A stretch of 64,000 nt of DNA from the IMG/VR virus record IMGVR_UViG_3300042381_000885; one strand, given 5' to 3'. Positions 38,454-49,097 of the stretch are shown here, piece after piece; positions within the stretch are counted from its first letter, which is position 1; every line of letters begins with the position of its first letter. Origin of the DNA: a virus (Duplodnaviria > Heunggongvirae > Uroviricota > Caudoviricetes). A model generated the notes under the pieces. The model did not search any database. It saw only the letters and a program-made list of their open reading frames with translations, and was not told the origin of the DNA. The position numbers were made by a program, and so were the translations under genes.

Positions 38454-38812
38454 AAATAATAATAACCGAAAGTAAATTAGAGAAACTCGCTATCAATTTG
38501 ATAAATGATAAATTTAAAGATGTAGAACCATATAATGCGAAAGGGTTTCCTACTTATATCTTTTTCCAAAAAGATGGGAAAATAGAATTTGAATATAGAA
38601 AAGATATAGAACAAATTAGGTTCAAAATGGATGTTTGTGACTCATTAGAATCATATTTTGGTGTTGACTACGGTCAAGCTAAAAATTGGTTAAAACTGTG
38701 GGCTGAGAAAAACTTAAAATTAAAAATATATGATGTGAGGTTTATGTCAGACTCAACTCGTAATACTTGGGATATTATAGAAACTAAAATAAGATATGAA
38801 AGATTTAATTAG
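38450..38812 (+). CDS. MKxIITE-tag small-domain protein
   Basis: MKIIITESKL...KLWAEKNLKLKI. Confidence 0.7.
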   Translation: MKIIITESKLEKLAINLINDKFKDVEPYNAKGFPTYIFFQKDGKIEFEYRKDIEQIRFKMDVCDSLESYFGVDYGQAKNWLKLWAEKNLKLKIYDVRFMSDSTRNTWDIIETKIRYERFN

Positions 38813-39416
38813 AAAAGTGTTAAGGGAAGAAGTTAGTAAAAGATTTACTAAAGGAAATGTTGAGAAAGAAAACTTTATCAAAAAACATATGGAGAAGATT
38901 ATTTCTAACACAACACGAGTCACTCCACCTACTGAAGAGAATTATGGAAACCATAATGAAGAATGGTGTGATGGGGATAAGATTGTTATTGAGGCGAGGT
39001 ACCATTTTGGTAATGATGAGGAATTTGAAAATATTGGACCCGATTATGTTGAGGAGAATAAGTTTTTTGCTGGTGATTTATATGTTGATAAAGAAATAAT
39101 TGAATTTTTAACTAAAATGTTATTAGTTAGGAAATCCTTTATATTGAATGTTATTACTGAATGGTATGATGATAAATACACTACCAAGTTTGCTCAAGAG
39201 ATAGGTCATCCGGAAATAGAGATTGACGAGACCCATGAAACTGATTCTACTCGTAAATGTTATCAGAATATCGATACTGATAATTTGAGTAGAGAAGAAA
39301 TGATTGATTATCTTGACGATAATACCGCTTATACGCGTAGTGAGATTGAAAAATTTAGTGATGATGGTTTAAAACATAGATACAGAAGTGTTTATAATAT
39401 ACAATTAAATAATTAA
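38796..39416 (+). CDS. hypothetical protein (MKDLIRKVLREE tag)
   Basis: 206-aa ORF. Confidence 0.7.
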   Translation: MKDLIRKVLREEVSKRFTKGNVEKENFIKKHMEKIISNTTRVTPPTEENYGNHNEEWCDGDKIVIEARYHFGNDEEFENIGPDYVEENKFFAGDLYVDKEIIEFLTKMLLVRKSFILNVITEWYDDKYTTKFAQEIGHPEIEIDETHETDSTRKCYQNIDTDNLSREEMIDYLDDNTAYTRSEIEKFSDDGLKHRYRSVYNIQLNN

Positions 39417-39418
39417 TC

Positions 39419-39946
39419 ATGACGGATTATTTAAAATACGAAGAATTACCGAAGAATTACCGATATTATTTGGACCAAATTAAAGAACTTGGTGTTGATG
39501 ATATTCGCATTGTCAGTATTTTTAATCATAACACCAAAAGTTCTATCTTTTATTCTATTTGGATAGACATTGAAGATGTTGTGGATGGTAAAGTCCCTAA
39601 TGCGGATATTCTTAGAAGTAATATAAATAAAATGAGTCCTAAGATGTTTGGAATTGATAATATTAACTATTTTGTTAAATATAAGAATAAAGAATTATTC
39701 GCTAAAAAGTTATTACCTGATTTAAAAAAATACTTTAAAAAAAGTGAATATTTCCCAATGATTACTTCAATTAAATTTGATACAAGTGATGTTGTAACAC
39801 CAAAGGTTATAGTTCGTCTTAGAAGTAATCCTAATTTAAATTCAACCTATGAGGAAGTGTTAAACAAGTATAATAACATTAGAAAATTCTTGGAAGATTA
39901 TAAAAAAGAAAATGGACTGACTCATTTAGAAATAGATGTAAAGTAA
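39419..39946 (+). CDS. hypothetical protein
   Basis: 175-aa ORF followed by a terminator at 39951-39979. Confidence 0.65.
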   Translation: MTDYLKYEELPKNYRYYLDQIKELGVDDIRIVSIFNHNTKSSIFYSIWIDIEDVVDGKVPNADILRSNINKMSPKMFGIDNINYFVKYKNKELFAKKLLPDLKKYFKKSEYFPMITSIKFDTSDVVTPKVIVRLRSNPNLNSTYEEVLNKYNNIRKFLEDYKKENGLTHLEIDVK

Positions 39947-39981
39947 AAACAAACCCTCACCAAATTGATGAGGGTTTTTTA

Positions 39982-40338
39982 TTACAAGTTCTTTAACATT
40001 ACCTTAATCATTCGGATAGATTCTTTATCATCTTTTGTTTGGTATGATTTGTTTTGAAAGTATGATAATGACTCCAATAACTCTTCCTTTTTACCAATTG
40101 GTTTGTGTAGTTCTCTTGCGGGTAGAATGGGTTTGGGTACATTAACAACTTTAATAGGTGTCGGTTTACTTACCGGAAGAGTGGGTTTAGGAGGTCTAAC
40201 AACCTTCACAACTTTTGACGGTGTTGTTTTAGGTGATTGTCTCTTATCCAAAGAATTAATTGATTTAAAAATTCTAATGGCGTCGTTGTTACTTTTTGTG
40301 AATAATCTGATAAGGGTAAAGGTGATTAGTTTTTCCAT
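39982..40338 (-). CDS. hypothetical Pro/Lys-rich protein
   Basis: Internal repeat KVV.V.(R)P.(K)P.LP. Confidence 0.55.
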   Translation of the reverse strand: MEKLITFTLIRLFTKSNNDAIRIFKSINSLDKRQSPKTTPSKVVKVVRPPKPTLPVSKPTPIKVVNVPKPILPARELHKPIGKKEELLESLSYFQNKSYQTKDDKESIRMIKVMLKNL

Positions 40339-40447
40339 AGGACAAAGGTATAAAATTATTTAAGAATATACAAAAAAAAAACGAAGGTAAAATGGTGGTT
40401 ATATTACCTTCGTTGTGATAACGGGAGTAATTTTTACCTTCGTTATA

Positions 40448-40846
40448 TTACCATTGAAAATCTGACTTTAGATTACGGGATTCATATTCAAGTTTGATAG
40501 GTAATCCGGTGGACTTCTTAATTGAATATTCTAATTCATAAATAACTGAGTCATAGTCTTTGTATTTGAAAAAATCATATATAATAACAACTTTAATAGT
40601 TATTGATGTAACTTTATGTGCTGAAAAAGTTTCAACATCTTTAACAATTATGTGTTCAATACTTGAGACTTCGTCACAAAGTTTAAAGTCTTCAGTATTA
40701 TCATCATAATCTCCTGTCTCAGGATTAAATCCGCACTCTTCTTTAATTGAATTAATCTCTCGATTGATAAATTCTTGAAACGCATCAATTCGTTTATTAC
40801 CTTCAACAATGGTATTGTATTGAGTTTCTGTTATAATATATTTCAT
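40448..40846 (-). CDS. MKYIITE-tag protein
   Basis: N-terminal tag. Confidence 0.7.
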   Translation of the reverse strand: MKYIITETQYNTIVEGNKRIDAFQEFINREINSIKEECGFNPETGDYDDNTEDFKLCDEVSSIEHIIVKDVETFSAHKVTSITIKVVIIYDFFKYKDYDSVIYELEYSIKKSTGLPIKLEYESRNLKSDFQW

Positions 40847-40847
40847 G

Positions 40848-41123
40848 TTAATTGATTTCTTTAACTCTTACAGGTGTGGAATGAACCGAAACACCAAACA
40901 TATTCTCAAGTCGTTCTAACAACCTATGTTTATAGATATAATGTGGGAAATTTTTTTTATTTTTTACATAAAAAATGGGGTATAAAATATACAAATCTTT
41001 TTCCGGAGAATATTCAATTTCAACATCTGTTTGAATTACTCGTTCTTCCGAGTATTGATTAGCAAATTTCTTCATTAATTCAATCAAATTTTTATTTTGT
41101 TGTTCTGTTATAATATATTTCAT
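40848..41123 (-). CDS. MKYIITE-tag protein
   Basis: ATG at 41123. Confidence 0.7.
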   Translation of the reverse strand: MKYIITEQQNKNLIELMKKFANQYSEERVIQTDVEIEYSPEKDLYILYPIFYVKNKKNFPHYIYKHRLLERLENMFGVSVHSTPVRVKEIN

Positions 41124-41124
41124 A

Positions 41125-41430
41125 TTAGCGTACCATTTTCCATTCAATGTCCCAATCAGAACCGTATTCTCCAACTCCTAAACTAAACATAAGATTAATA
41201 TCATTTATAATATATTTAGATGTCCAAGTTGGGCTATGTGTCATCTTACCATCAATGAAGTCAATGTTTATTGTATTTCTATTTATTATCTTCTCACCTC
41301 TACTATTTGGTTCACCAGCTAATTGGACTAACTTTGTTGTAAAAAAAACATTTTTGACCATAGGATATCTCTCAAGAATATATTTTTCAAGTAAGTTATT
41401 AATTCTGCTTTCAGTTATAATGTATTTCAT
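41125..41430 (-). CDS. MKYIITE-tag protein, paralog of 59618
   Basis: Shares VKNVFFT.....NRNTINIDF...MF.LGVG..GS.W with 59618. Confidence 0.7.
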   Translation of the reverse strand: MKYIITESRINNLLEKYILERYPMVKNVFFTTKLVQLAGEPNSRGEKIINRNTINIDFIDGKMTHSPTWTSKYIINDINLMFSLGVGEYGSDWDIEWKMVR

Positions 41431-41517
41431 ATTTTATAAATAGTCCGGAGGTTACATTTTACCAATCGTGGATATATAAACCCTAAGGGGCGGGGTTTAT
41501 CTTAACACAAAAAGTAA

Positions 41518-41915
41518 TCACATTACGGTGATATTTAAAACTTCATCTATTTTCCTTTTATCTTTCAATCGCGTCCCTATCGTCGTTGTAACACCACAAT
41601 TCAATATTGACTCCACTAAGTGGTCTTTCAAGCCGTAATCGGAAATAGTTGTTGTTACCCCACAATTTAATACTGACACCACCCATTCTTTTATAAGTGG
41701 TTCATATTCACTTCTCACCATACAAAATAATTGGAAATAATCGTAAAAAAAATCCCATCTCCAACATAATGTACCATTTTTATGAAATTCCAAATACCAA
41801 CATTTTTTTTCTCTGTCAATAAACCAAAGGGAATCTGCATATAAAATCAATTCCACATGAGATAGGCATCGGTTAATTTATTAAAAATTAGTTGTTTTAG
41901 TTTATCTGTAATCAT
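41518..41915 (-). pseudogene. frameshifted MITDK-family gene carrying a short CRISPR-like array (locus C)
   Basis: ATG at 41915 aligns with 51301, but GATAGGCATC here versus GATAGGTCATC there is a 1-nt deletion near 41866. Repeats at 41582-41617 and 41648-41683. Confidence 0.7.
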
Positions 41916-42208
41916 CTGTATCTAAATTGTTCAAACCATTTATTGAATGGTAAAGGTCTTGTTAACTCTACTTCTATACAATCCATAGTGTATTGATTGT
42001 ACTCGTCAAATAATTTTTTATCTTGTTCTTGTTGCCATTTAGTACCTAATTCAAATTGTCTTTTAAGTAATTCCATTTGAGGTTCTTTATCAAATGTTTT
42101 AGCTTTTTCTAATGGATATACATAAGTTAATTCAGCATATCTTTGTTTCGCTTCTTCAATCGTTTCTTTTTCCACACTATTTATTTTTAAATTGTTCATT
42201 TTTCCCAA
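41912..42208 (-). CDS. KETxEEA...WQQ...KWFEQF family protein
   Basis: Family motifs. Confidence 0.65.
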   Translation of the reverse strand: MGKMNNLKINSVEKETIEEAKQRYAELTYVYPLEKAKTFDKEPQMELLKRQFELGTKWQQEQDKKLFDEYNQYTMDCIEVELTRPLPFNKWFEQFRYR

Positions 42209-42361
42209 ACTAATGTGCTTTCCTTATTATAAAGAGAAAAAGTCCAAAAAATATCTTTAGTGGAACAAGATAATAATTTATAACCTTGTCGAATTTTAGA
42301 TTTGATATGTTCTTCTAAATCATAATTACCATCGTGTTTATAAACTTCCGTTTTAATCATA

Positions 42362-42595
42362 CTATTTCTTTTTAAATTTTTCAAACCATTCTTTTACATC
42401 AAAGCTATTACCTAATTTTAAAGATTGTAATTTCAACGTATGTTTATTGAAAGCGTTTAATAAAACAAAAACTTCTCCCTCACTATAACTATTTTGTTGT
42501 TGCCATTTAGCACCAAATTCTACTGCTAACTTGTATGAATGAGGTAATGGAGAATCTAAATATCTTTCCTTTGCTTCTTCAAGTGTTTCTTTCAT
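42362..42595 (-). CDS. KETLEEA family protein
   Basis: MKETLEEAKE...GAKWQQQNSYSE...KEWFEKFKKK. Confidence 0.65.
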   Translation of the reverse strand: MKETLEEAKERYLDSPLPHSYKLAVEFGAKWQQQNSYSEGEVFVLLNAFNKHTLKLQSLKLGNSFDVKEWFEKFKKK

Positions 42596-42827
42596 CTTAT
42601 TTCTTTTTAAATTGTTAATATTCCAAATAATAAAAAAACAAAAAAAACAATTAATCCACCATATACAACAATAGATAACCCCCATTCTTTTATAAATTTT
42701 TCCATCTTATTTCTTTTTTATTTTTTCAAACCAAAAATCCACGCCATAGTTTATCAATAGTCCAGCAATTGTTAAAAACCCAATCATAAAAAAGAATATT
42801 ACTATAACTTCTAATATTTTTCCCATC

Positions 42828-43580
42828 TTATTTCTTTTTAAATTGTTCAAGCACTCTTTCTTTTATAAATTCTAGGTAGTCCCAATTATCATCTTTAAAT
42901 TCAGACTTTATTTCAGCAATAAATAAATCTATTCCATCAGTATAACTTCTTTCTTGTTGTATCAATCCTAAATCACAATAAGTTGAATCCTCCCCTTCTT
43001 TTGGATATTCTCTTTCAGCAGCTTCTTCAAGTGTTTCTTGTTTTGGTTCTTCTTTCAAATCCATAAGGTTAAAAAACTCTTGGCTTACAATTTTTGAAAA
43101 ATCCGTAGGTTCTTCTTTTGGAATGTAGTATTGACGACTTTCAAATGTTTCTTTATAATGTAATTTATCAAAATCAAAATCTTCTTTTGGAATGATGATT
43201 TTGTATATCCAAGTGTGATATATGGTTTTATATCTTTCAGTTTTAACAAACTCACAACTTGGATTTTTTACAAACCACTCTAAAAATTCATCGTCAATAG
43301 CTTGTACACTATCTTTGATTAATTCTTGGTCTGTTGTTAGAATGATTTTTTTACAATCATTTCCAATAGGTCTATTATCGGCAATAATTATTTGCTTAAT
43401 AAAATCATCATAATACCAATCTCCTTCTTTAATTTCTTCATCATTAGTGATGTAGATGTTTCTTCCCTCAACAATTGAATTTATACTTTTACTCAATTGT
43501 ATTTTTGGACTGATAAATAATTCTGAATCAAAATGTAACCTACTTGGGTTATCTGTTGGTATTACGTGTATGTTTTTCAT
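42828..43580 (-). CDS. MKNIH family protein fused to a KQETLEEAAE module
   Basis: Conserved blocks PTD.PSRL, NIYIT.DEEIKE, KKIILTTDQ, EFLEWFVKNPSCE, YKIIIPKE. Confidence 0.75.
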   Translation of the reverse strand: MKNIHVIPTDNPSRLHFDSELFISPKIQLSKSINSIVEGRNIYITNDEEIKEGDWYYDDFIKQIIIADNRPIGNDCKKIILTTDQELIKDSVQAIDDEFLEWFVKNPSCEFVKTERYKTIYHTWIYKIIIPKEDFDFDKLHYKETFESRQYYIPKEEPTDFSKIVSQEFFNLMDLKEEPKQETLEEAAEREYPKEGEDSTYCDLGLIQQERSYTDGIDLFIAEIKSEFKDDNWDYLEFIKERVLEQFKKK

Positions 43581-44157
43581 AATCCTATTTGTTTATTCCT
43601 ATTGAAATTAATGTAATAATCGCTACTATATAAGCCAAGATGAAGGCTAAACATTCTTGATATTCCATAACTTATTTGTTTTTAAAGGTTGTTAATTTTT
43701 TTAATTTTATTGTATAATTTCAAGTGTAACCCTTTAGGTTTAAATTCACTTAATTCAGCAAACCTAATGTGAGATTCATCTACTTTATTCCAACGACGTA
43801 GTATTACAAATCTTATAAAATCTTTTATCATATCTTATTTGTTTTTAAATTGTTTGCATTTAACACCAATCATCCATCCAAATACTATTGGAGCAAATCT
43901 TCCTAATGGTATATATAAATATTCACTTGTATTCCAAATACAACTACCTATAAATTGCAATGGTGTTTCTTCTTTCCAAAAAATCATATTAATAAAAATA
44001 AATTTTAATATTTTCTTTTCCTACCATATTTACTAAATCTATTACTTTATTATAATTGCATCCTCTAATAAGGTCTTTACCATCTGATATCCTTACTACA
44101 ACATATAAGTTACCTAACTTATTACGTTGTTCCATAAATTCTTCATACGTCATAATC

Positions 44158-44430
44158 TTATTTCTTTTTAAATTGTTCAAACCATTCTTTAAATAATTCA
44201 TCTTTTCTATCAATAGAATCTATATCATTTATACCATAGCTTATTACAAATCCATTTTTAAATGCTATTTCTAAATCATCTTCACTATAACTTCTTTCTT
44301 GTTCCCATTTAGCACCTGCTGTAAACCCGCAAACAAAATCAAATCTATTAGGTTCTAAAATACCTTTTCTAAATTCTTTAAAAGATTCTTCTCCTGCTAT
44401 AAAAGCAGCTTCTTCAAGTGTTTCTTTCAT
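44158..44430 (-). CDS. KETLEEA family protein
   Basis: MKETLEEAA...WEQERSYSE...KEWFEQFKKK. Confidence 0.65.
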   Translation of the reverse strand: MKETLEEAAFIAGEESFKEFRKGILEPNRFDFVCGFTAGAKWEQERSYSEDDLEIAFKNGFVISYGINDIDSIDRKDELFKEWFEQFKKK

Positions 44431-44431
44431 C

Positions 44432-44977
44432 TTATTTCTTTTTATTTCGTTCAAACCATTCTTTAATTTGCAAAGGAACTATTCCTTGCTTGTTTTGTCT
44501 TTGAATTTCAACTGCAAAATGTGTTAATTTATTCAATACTTCTTCCTCACTATAACTTCTTTCTTGTTGCCATTCAGCACCATTTATAAATGAATGATAA
44601 TCAAAAAAAGCATTAGTAGTACTTAAATTATATCTTTCAGCAGCTTCTTTAAGTGTTTCTATTCCTTTACAAGTTTTTGTCAAATAACAAAGACATTCAT
44701 CTGTACAAGTGCAATTTTCTTCAAGTGTTTCTTTTTTAGGTTCTCCCCAAATAACTTCTCCATCAATACTACTTTGAAGTAATACTTGTTCTTTAAATGG
44801 CTCTATACTCCTTATAATTTCTTTAATTTTAACCCAATCTTTTTGAGCTAATTCAGTTCCTTTCCAATCTTCAAGGATAGCTATTACTTCTTCAGTAACA
44901 TAAATAGCGTGATTTAAACCTAAATCCTGCACTAATTCTGCCGCTTTTTGACTTGTTGTCATTTTTTTTGTGTCCAT
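44432..44977 (-). CDS. mosaic KETLEE family protein
   Basis: Contains the SSIDGEVIWG block shared with 45330, then ETLKEAAE...WQQERSYSEEEV. Confidence 0.65.
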   Translation of the reverse strand: MDTKKMTTSQKAAELVQDLGLNHAIYVTEEVIAILEDWKGTELAQKDWVKIKEIIRSIEPFKEQVLLQSSIDGEVIWGEPKKETLEENCTCTDECLCYLTKTCKGIETLKEAAERYNLSTTNAFFDYHSFINGAEWQQERSYSEEEVLNKLTHFAVEIQRQNKQGIVPLQIKEWFERNKKK

Positions 44978-45190
44978 TTTTTTTATTTTTAACGTTGTTT
45001 TAAAAATTCTTCTATTGCCTCTTCGGTATTGTCAAAAACATACCATACTTCTTGCCCGCAATCTCTCGCCCAGTCAATAAATTCCTCTAATAATTCTTTT
45101 GTTTCCATTTTTTTTATTTTAGTTTACTAATTACTCTTGTTTTATATACGAAGTCGTTTTTTGCCCTCGTTAATTATAATTGCCGTACTT

Positions 45191-45269
45191 CTGGCAACAA
45201 TCGTTTGTACTAATCGGCAGAATATACGCAACCGCATAGCCGATTAGTACAAGCGACAAACGTTACCAG
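45191..45269 (-). mobile_element. solitary attC-like site
   Basis: Minus strand reads CTGGTAAC-gtttg-18-bp stem (one mismatch)-20-nt loop-stem-tt-GTTGCCAG. Confidence 0.55.
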
Positions 45270-45329
45270 GAATACTACGATAGCATATCTCTAACAGCAA
45301 TCATTCCTCTATAGTGATGGTCTTGAGCT

Positions 45330-45836
45330 TCATTCATTGCAATTTTCATCTTCTGGTTTATCGCCCCAAATAACTTCTCCATCAATACTGCTTTGTAAAA
45401 GCACTTCTTCTTTTGGAATGATTATTTTGTAAAATATCTTATTAGATAATTTGTAATATACATCGTCTTTGTATATTCCGTGTTCAGCTTTATCAACCTT
45501 TACCTCCTCACAACTTGCGTTCTTAACAAACCATTCTAAAAACTCATCATCAATAGCTTGTACACCATCTAAGTCTTGGTCTGTTGTTAGGATTATTTTT
45601 TTAGCTTTTTGAATGTTATCTGCTAATATATAAGATACTTGCCAAATATCTTTCCCATCAGTAACCCAATCATTAATGTCTAAATCTGAATCAGAAGTGA
45701 TGTAGATGTTTTGATTTATACACCATCTTCCAAACTTTCTATCTTCAATGGGGTTGTATGTTATTACAAGAGGATTATCTATATGTTTATATAACCTACT
45801 TGGTTTTGGTGTTGGTATTACGTGTATGTTTTTCAT
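45330..45836 (-). CDS. MKNIH family protein
   Basis: Family blocks. Confidence 0.75.
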   Translation of the reverse strand: MKNIHVIPTPKPSRLYKHIDNPLVITYNPIEDRKFGRWCINQNIYITSDSDLDINDWVTDGKDIWQVSYILADNIQKAKKIILTTDQDLDGVQAIDDEFLEWFVKNASCEEVKVDKAEHGIYKDDVYYKLSNKIFYKIIIPKEEVLLQSSIDGEVIWGDKPEDENCNE

Positions 45837-46107
45837 CTTGTATCTCTTTGTATTTCTGAATAATTAATAAACAACTATCTCCAACCTTCCATCTTCCTTC
45901 GTATTCAAATGGAATTTCAATCTCTTTCGTAACCTTGTCAGTTTGCACCCAAAGTTTAGGAAGTTCTGCAATTCTACCGCTATATCCTCTTTTAGTAGCT
46001 GAAACTTTACCATCAATTATTTCTTGACCTATATGTGTATACTTTTGTTCGGTACAAGAAGTAAGTAGTAGTAGTAATGATAATATTAATATGTGTACGT
46101 TTTTCAT
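45796..46107 (-). CDS. putative lipoprotein
   Basis: MKNVHILILSLLLLLTSC lipobox. Confidence 0.6.
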   Translation of the reverse strand: MKNVHILILSLLLLLTSCTEQKYTHIGQEIIDGKVSATKRGYSGRIAELPKLWVQTDKVTKEIEIPFEYEGRWKVGDSCLLIIQKYKEIQDEKHTRNTNTKTK

Positions 46108-46649
46108 AATGATTTTTTTAAAGGTTTAGGTTCTTCTTTTGGAATGTAGTATTGACGACTTTCAAATGTTTCTTTATAATGTAATTCATCAAAATCAAAA
46201 TCTTCTTGTGGAGTGATGATTTTGTAAAAATTAGTTCCTTGAAGTAATTTACGTTTTTCAACCTCAACCTCCTCACAACTTGGATTCTTAACAAACCATT
46301 CTAAAAACTCATCAGGTATAGCTTGTACACCATCAGAAATTAGAGCAGTATCTGTTGTTAGGATGATTTTTTTACACCAACCACCATTAGGGTAAGTGAT
46401 AAGAGGTTCTTTTCTAACAATTTCTTCTGTAACTTTTATGGGTTTAAAAACATTTCTTCTACCCATTTCCCCAACCGCATTGATTACATAACAATTACAA
46501 TCTGTAATTTCTTCATCAGAAGTGATGTAGATGTTTTGTTTTTCCTTTTGATGTATTACGTCTTTAATATATAAACATAATTCTCCTGTTTCTTGTCCAA
46601 TAAATAACCTACTTGGTTTATCTGTTCCTATAATGTGTATGTTTTTCAT
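46104..46649 (-). CDS. MKNIH family protein
   Basis: Family blocks. Confidence 0.75.
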   Translation of the reverse strand: MKNIHIIGTDKPSRLFIGQETGELCLYIKDVIHQKEKQNIYITSDEEITDCNCYVINAVGEMGRRNVFKPIKVTEEIVRKEPLITYPNGGWCKKIILTTDTALISDGVQAIPDEFLEWFVKNPSCEEVEVEKRKLLQGTNFYKIITPQEDFDFDELHYKETFESRQYYIPKEEPKPLKKSL

Positions 46650-48202
46650 AATGATTTTTTTAAAGGTTTAGGTTCTTCTTTTGGAATGATGATTTTGTAT
46701 TTGTAAGTTAAAATCATATCATTCAAAGATTTGGTTGAAATAAAACTTGGTGGGTCTTGTAAAGCATTAAATCTTATTTTTGGGTTTTTTGAAGAAATAA
46801 GCTCGTCTTCTATTTTTCTTACTTCAACCTCCTCACAGCTTGGATTCTTAACAAACCATTCTAAAAACTCATCATCAATATCTTGTACACCATCTTTGAT
46901 TAAGTCTTGGTCTGTTGTTAGTGTGATTTTGAAAACCCCAGAATTTTCAATATTAGCTAATTCAATATCTCCTTTATTTTGAATTTTAACACAATGAATT
47001 ATAGCACCTTGTGTATAAATCACCCAATCCCCTTCTTTAATTTCTACATCAGAAGTGATGTAGATGTTTTGATTCTGCCAAGTTTTATTATTTAACATCA
47101 AATCAGGGAGCCAAAGCAAAGTACCCTCTTTAAAATTATTTGGAGCATTTTCTTCACTTCCATTTTCATCTATAAAAATATTAGATGTTCTTTTTAATAA
47201 CCTACTTGGTTTATCTGTTCCTATAATGTGTATGTTTTTCATAATGATTTTTTTTAAAGGTTTAGGTTTTTCTTTTGGAATGATGATTTTATATACATAG
47301 GAATCAGTTTTTGAATGAAAACAATCATCAATATAATTACCAAATTCATCGATATGTTGTGATTTTACTTCAACCTCCTCACAACTTGGATTCTTAACAA
47401 ACCATTCTAAAAACTCATTTGGAATAGGTTGTACACCATCTTTGATTAGGTCTACATCTGTTGTTAAGATGATTTTTTTACAGTTTTCATTCCAAACTTT
47501 GATATGATTGTTTATATTTTTAGCAATTTTATTTGTTCTTAAATCTATAATCCAACTACCATCTGCTTCTTTAATTTCTTCATCATTAGTGATTGAGATG
47601 TTTTGGTTTTTAAAATCATCGTTTCTACTTTGAATTGAAGTTTGTAACATTCCAAATACAAAGTTTCCATTATCTCCTGAATATAACCTACTTATTTTAT
47701 CTGTTGGTATTACGTGTATGTTTTTCATAACTATATGTTTCTTTTTAGGTTCACTTAGAATGATGATTTTGTAATTAATTCTATGTGGAACAACTATTGG
47801 TTTATTGCCTTGATGTTGTACTAAAGGTTTATCTTGTATAATTATCAATTTTTCATTGACCTCAACCTCCTCACAACTTGGATTATTAACAAACCATTCT
47901 AAGAACTCATCATCAATAGCTTGTACACCGATTAAGTCTTGGTCCGTGGTTAGGATGATTTTCTTTAACCAACTACTTAAATTAACATTCTTTTGTGAAA
48001 TTATATCTTCACATTTATCAATGGTATTTTTTAAGGTGTTTAAATACCAATCATCTTCTTTAATTTCTTCATCAGAAGTGATGTAGATGTGTTGAAACTT
48101 AACATCATTACCTTTAATATTTGGTAATAAAAAATAAAATCCTTCTTTTGTTAGATATAACCTACTTGGTTTATCTGTTCCTATAATGTGTATGTTTTTC
48201 AT
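46646..48202 (-). CDS. three MKNIH units fused in frame
   Basis: Internal MKNIHVIPT and MKNIHIIGT restarts. Reverse TATCTTTG promoter at 48222-48229. Confidence 0.75.
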   Translation of the reverse strand: MKNIHIIGTDKPSRLYLTKEGFYFLLPNIKGNDVKFQHIYITSDEEIKEDDWYLNTLKNTIDKCEDIISQKNVNLSSWLKKIILTTDQDLIGVQAIDDEFLEWFVNNPSCEEVEVNEKLIIIQDKPLVQHQGNKPIVVPHRINYKIIILSEPKKKHIVMKNIHVIPTDKISRLYSGDNGNFVFGMLQTSIQSRNDDFKNQNISITNDEEIKEADGSWIIDLRTNKIAKNINNHIKVWNENCKKIILTTDVDLIKDGVQPIPNEFLEWFVKNPSCEEVEVKSQHIDEFGNYIDDCFHSKTDSYVYKIIIPKEKPKPLKKIIMKNIHIIGTDKPSRLLKRTSNIFIDENGSEENAPNNFKEGTLLWLPDLMLNNKTWQNQNIYITSDVEIKEGDWVIYTQGAIIHCVKIQNKGDIELANIENSGVFKITLTTDQDLIKDGVQDIDDEFLEWFVKNPSCEEVEVRKIEDELISSKNPKIRFNALQDPPSFISTKSLNDMILTYKYKIIIPKEEPKPLKKSL

Positions 48203-48277
48203 AGTGTCTTTATTTAATGTGCAAAGATAAGTATAAATTATTAAACCACAAAGAAAAAGAATGATATATTTATTAAT

Positions 48278-48595
48278 ATGAACTTACAAGAGAATATACG
48301 TAGAATAAAATCAATGATGGGAGTTGTTATTGTTGAATCTGAGATTGAGATGCCGGATTATGCTGTATTTGAAATAATGATACCGATGGCTTATTTACCA
48401 CTTAAATATTATTTTCAGGCAACACCAATACATCATTTGGAATCGGATAGGATATATGTAAATAAAGGTGCTGGTGGAAAATCAATCTCAACTAAAAACA
48501 TTAAAGTATTAAAAACCTTTAAATACGATGAAAAAGATGAGATGGAATCTTATCTTAATAATTTAAGGGATAATCAATATAGAAAAGAAAATTAA
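48278..48595 (+). CDS. MNLQENI-tag protein
   Basis: N-terminal tag; TATTTAT at 48267. Confidence 0.7.
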   Translation: MNLQENIRRIKSMMGVVIVESEIEMPDYAVFEIMIPMAYLPLKYYFQATPIHHLESDRIYVNKGAGGKSISTKNIKVLKTFKYDEKDEMESYLNNLRDNQYRKEN

Positions 48596-48596
48596 T

Positions 48597-49097
48597 ATGA
48601 ACTTACAAGAAAACATACATAGAATACAGGAAGTGATGGGGATTATCTCTGAGGTTAAATCGTCATATACTGTAAAACAAATAGAGAAGGGTTTAAACAA
48701 GTCTGCAAAGGACAATGATATAACAATAAACACAAGTGTTGATAATGTTATAAATAACATAGATAAATTTGAATTTCAGATTGGTTCGGTAGAGGCGTTT
48801 TTAGATGATGAAAATAGTTTTGCAGCGGACTCACTAGTTGAAAAACTAATATCTTATGTCAAAGATAAGAATTTAAATATTGATATATCCAAATTGATTG
48901 AGTATAACAATTATAGAAGAGAGTACGACAAAAATGATGATAGAGTGTTTGAACTTTTATATAACACACATCCTGATGATGACTATACAGAGGAGATAGA
49001 AAGATTATATAAAAGGAATGATGAGTTATATCCTTATTTTGATTTACTAAAACAGGAAACCTTAAAGGTTAAACAAGAAATACTTAATTTAGAATGA
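48597..49097 (+). CDS. MNLQENI-tag protein
   Basis: N-terminal tag. Confidence 0.7.
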   Translation: MNLQENIHRIQEVMGIISEVKSSYTVKQIEKGLNKSAKDNDITINTSVDNVINNIDKFEFQIGSVEAFLDDENSFAADSLVEKLISYVKDKNLNIDISKLIEYNNYRREYDKNDDRVFELLYNTHPDDDYTEEIERLYKRNDELYPYFDLLKQETLKVKQEILNLE

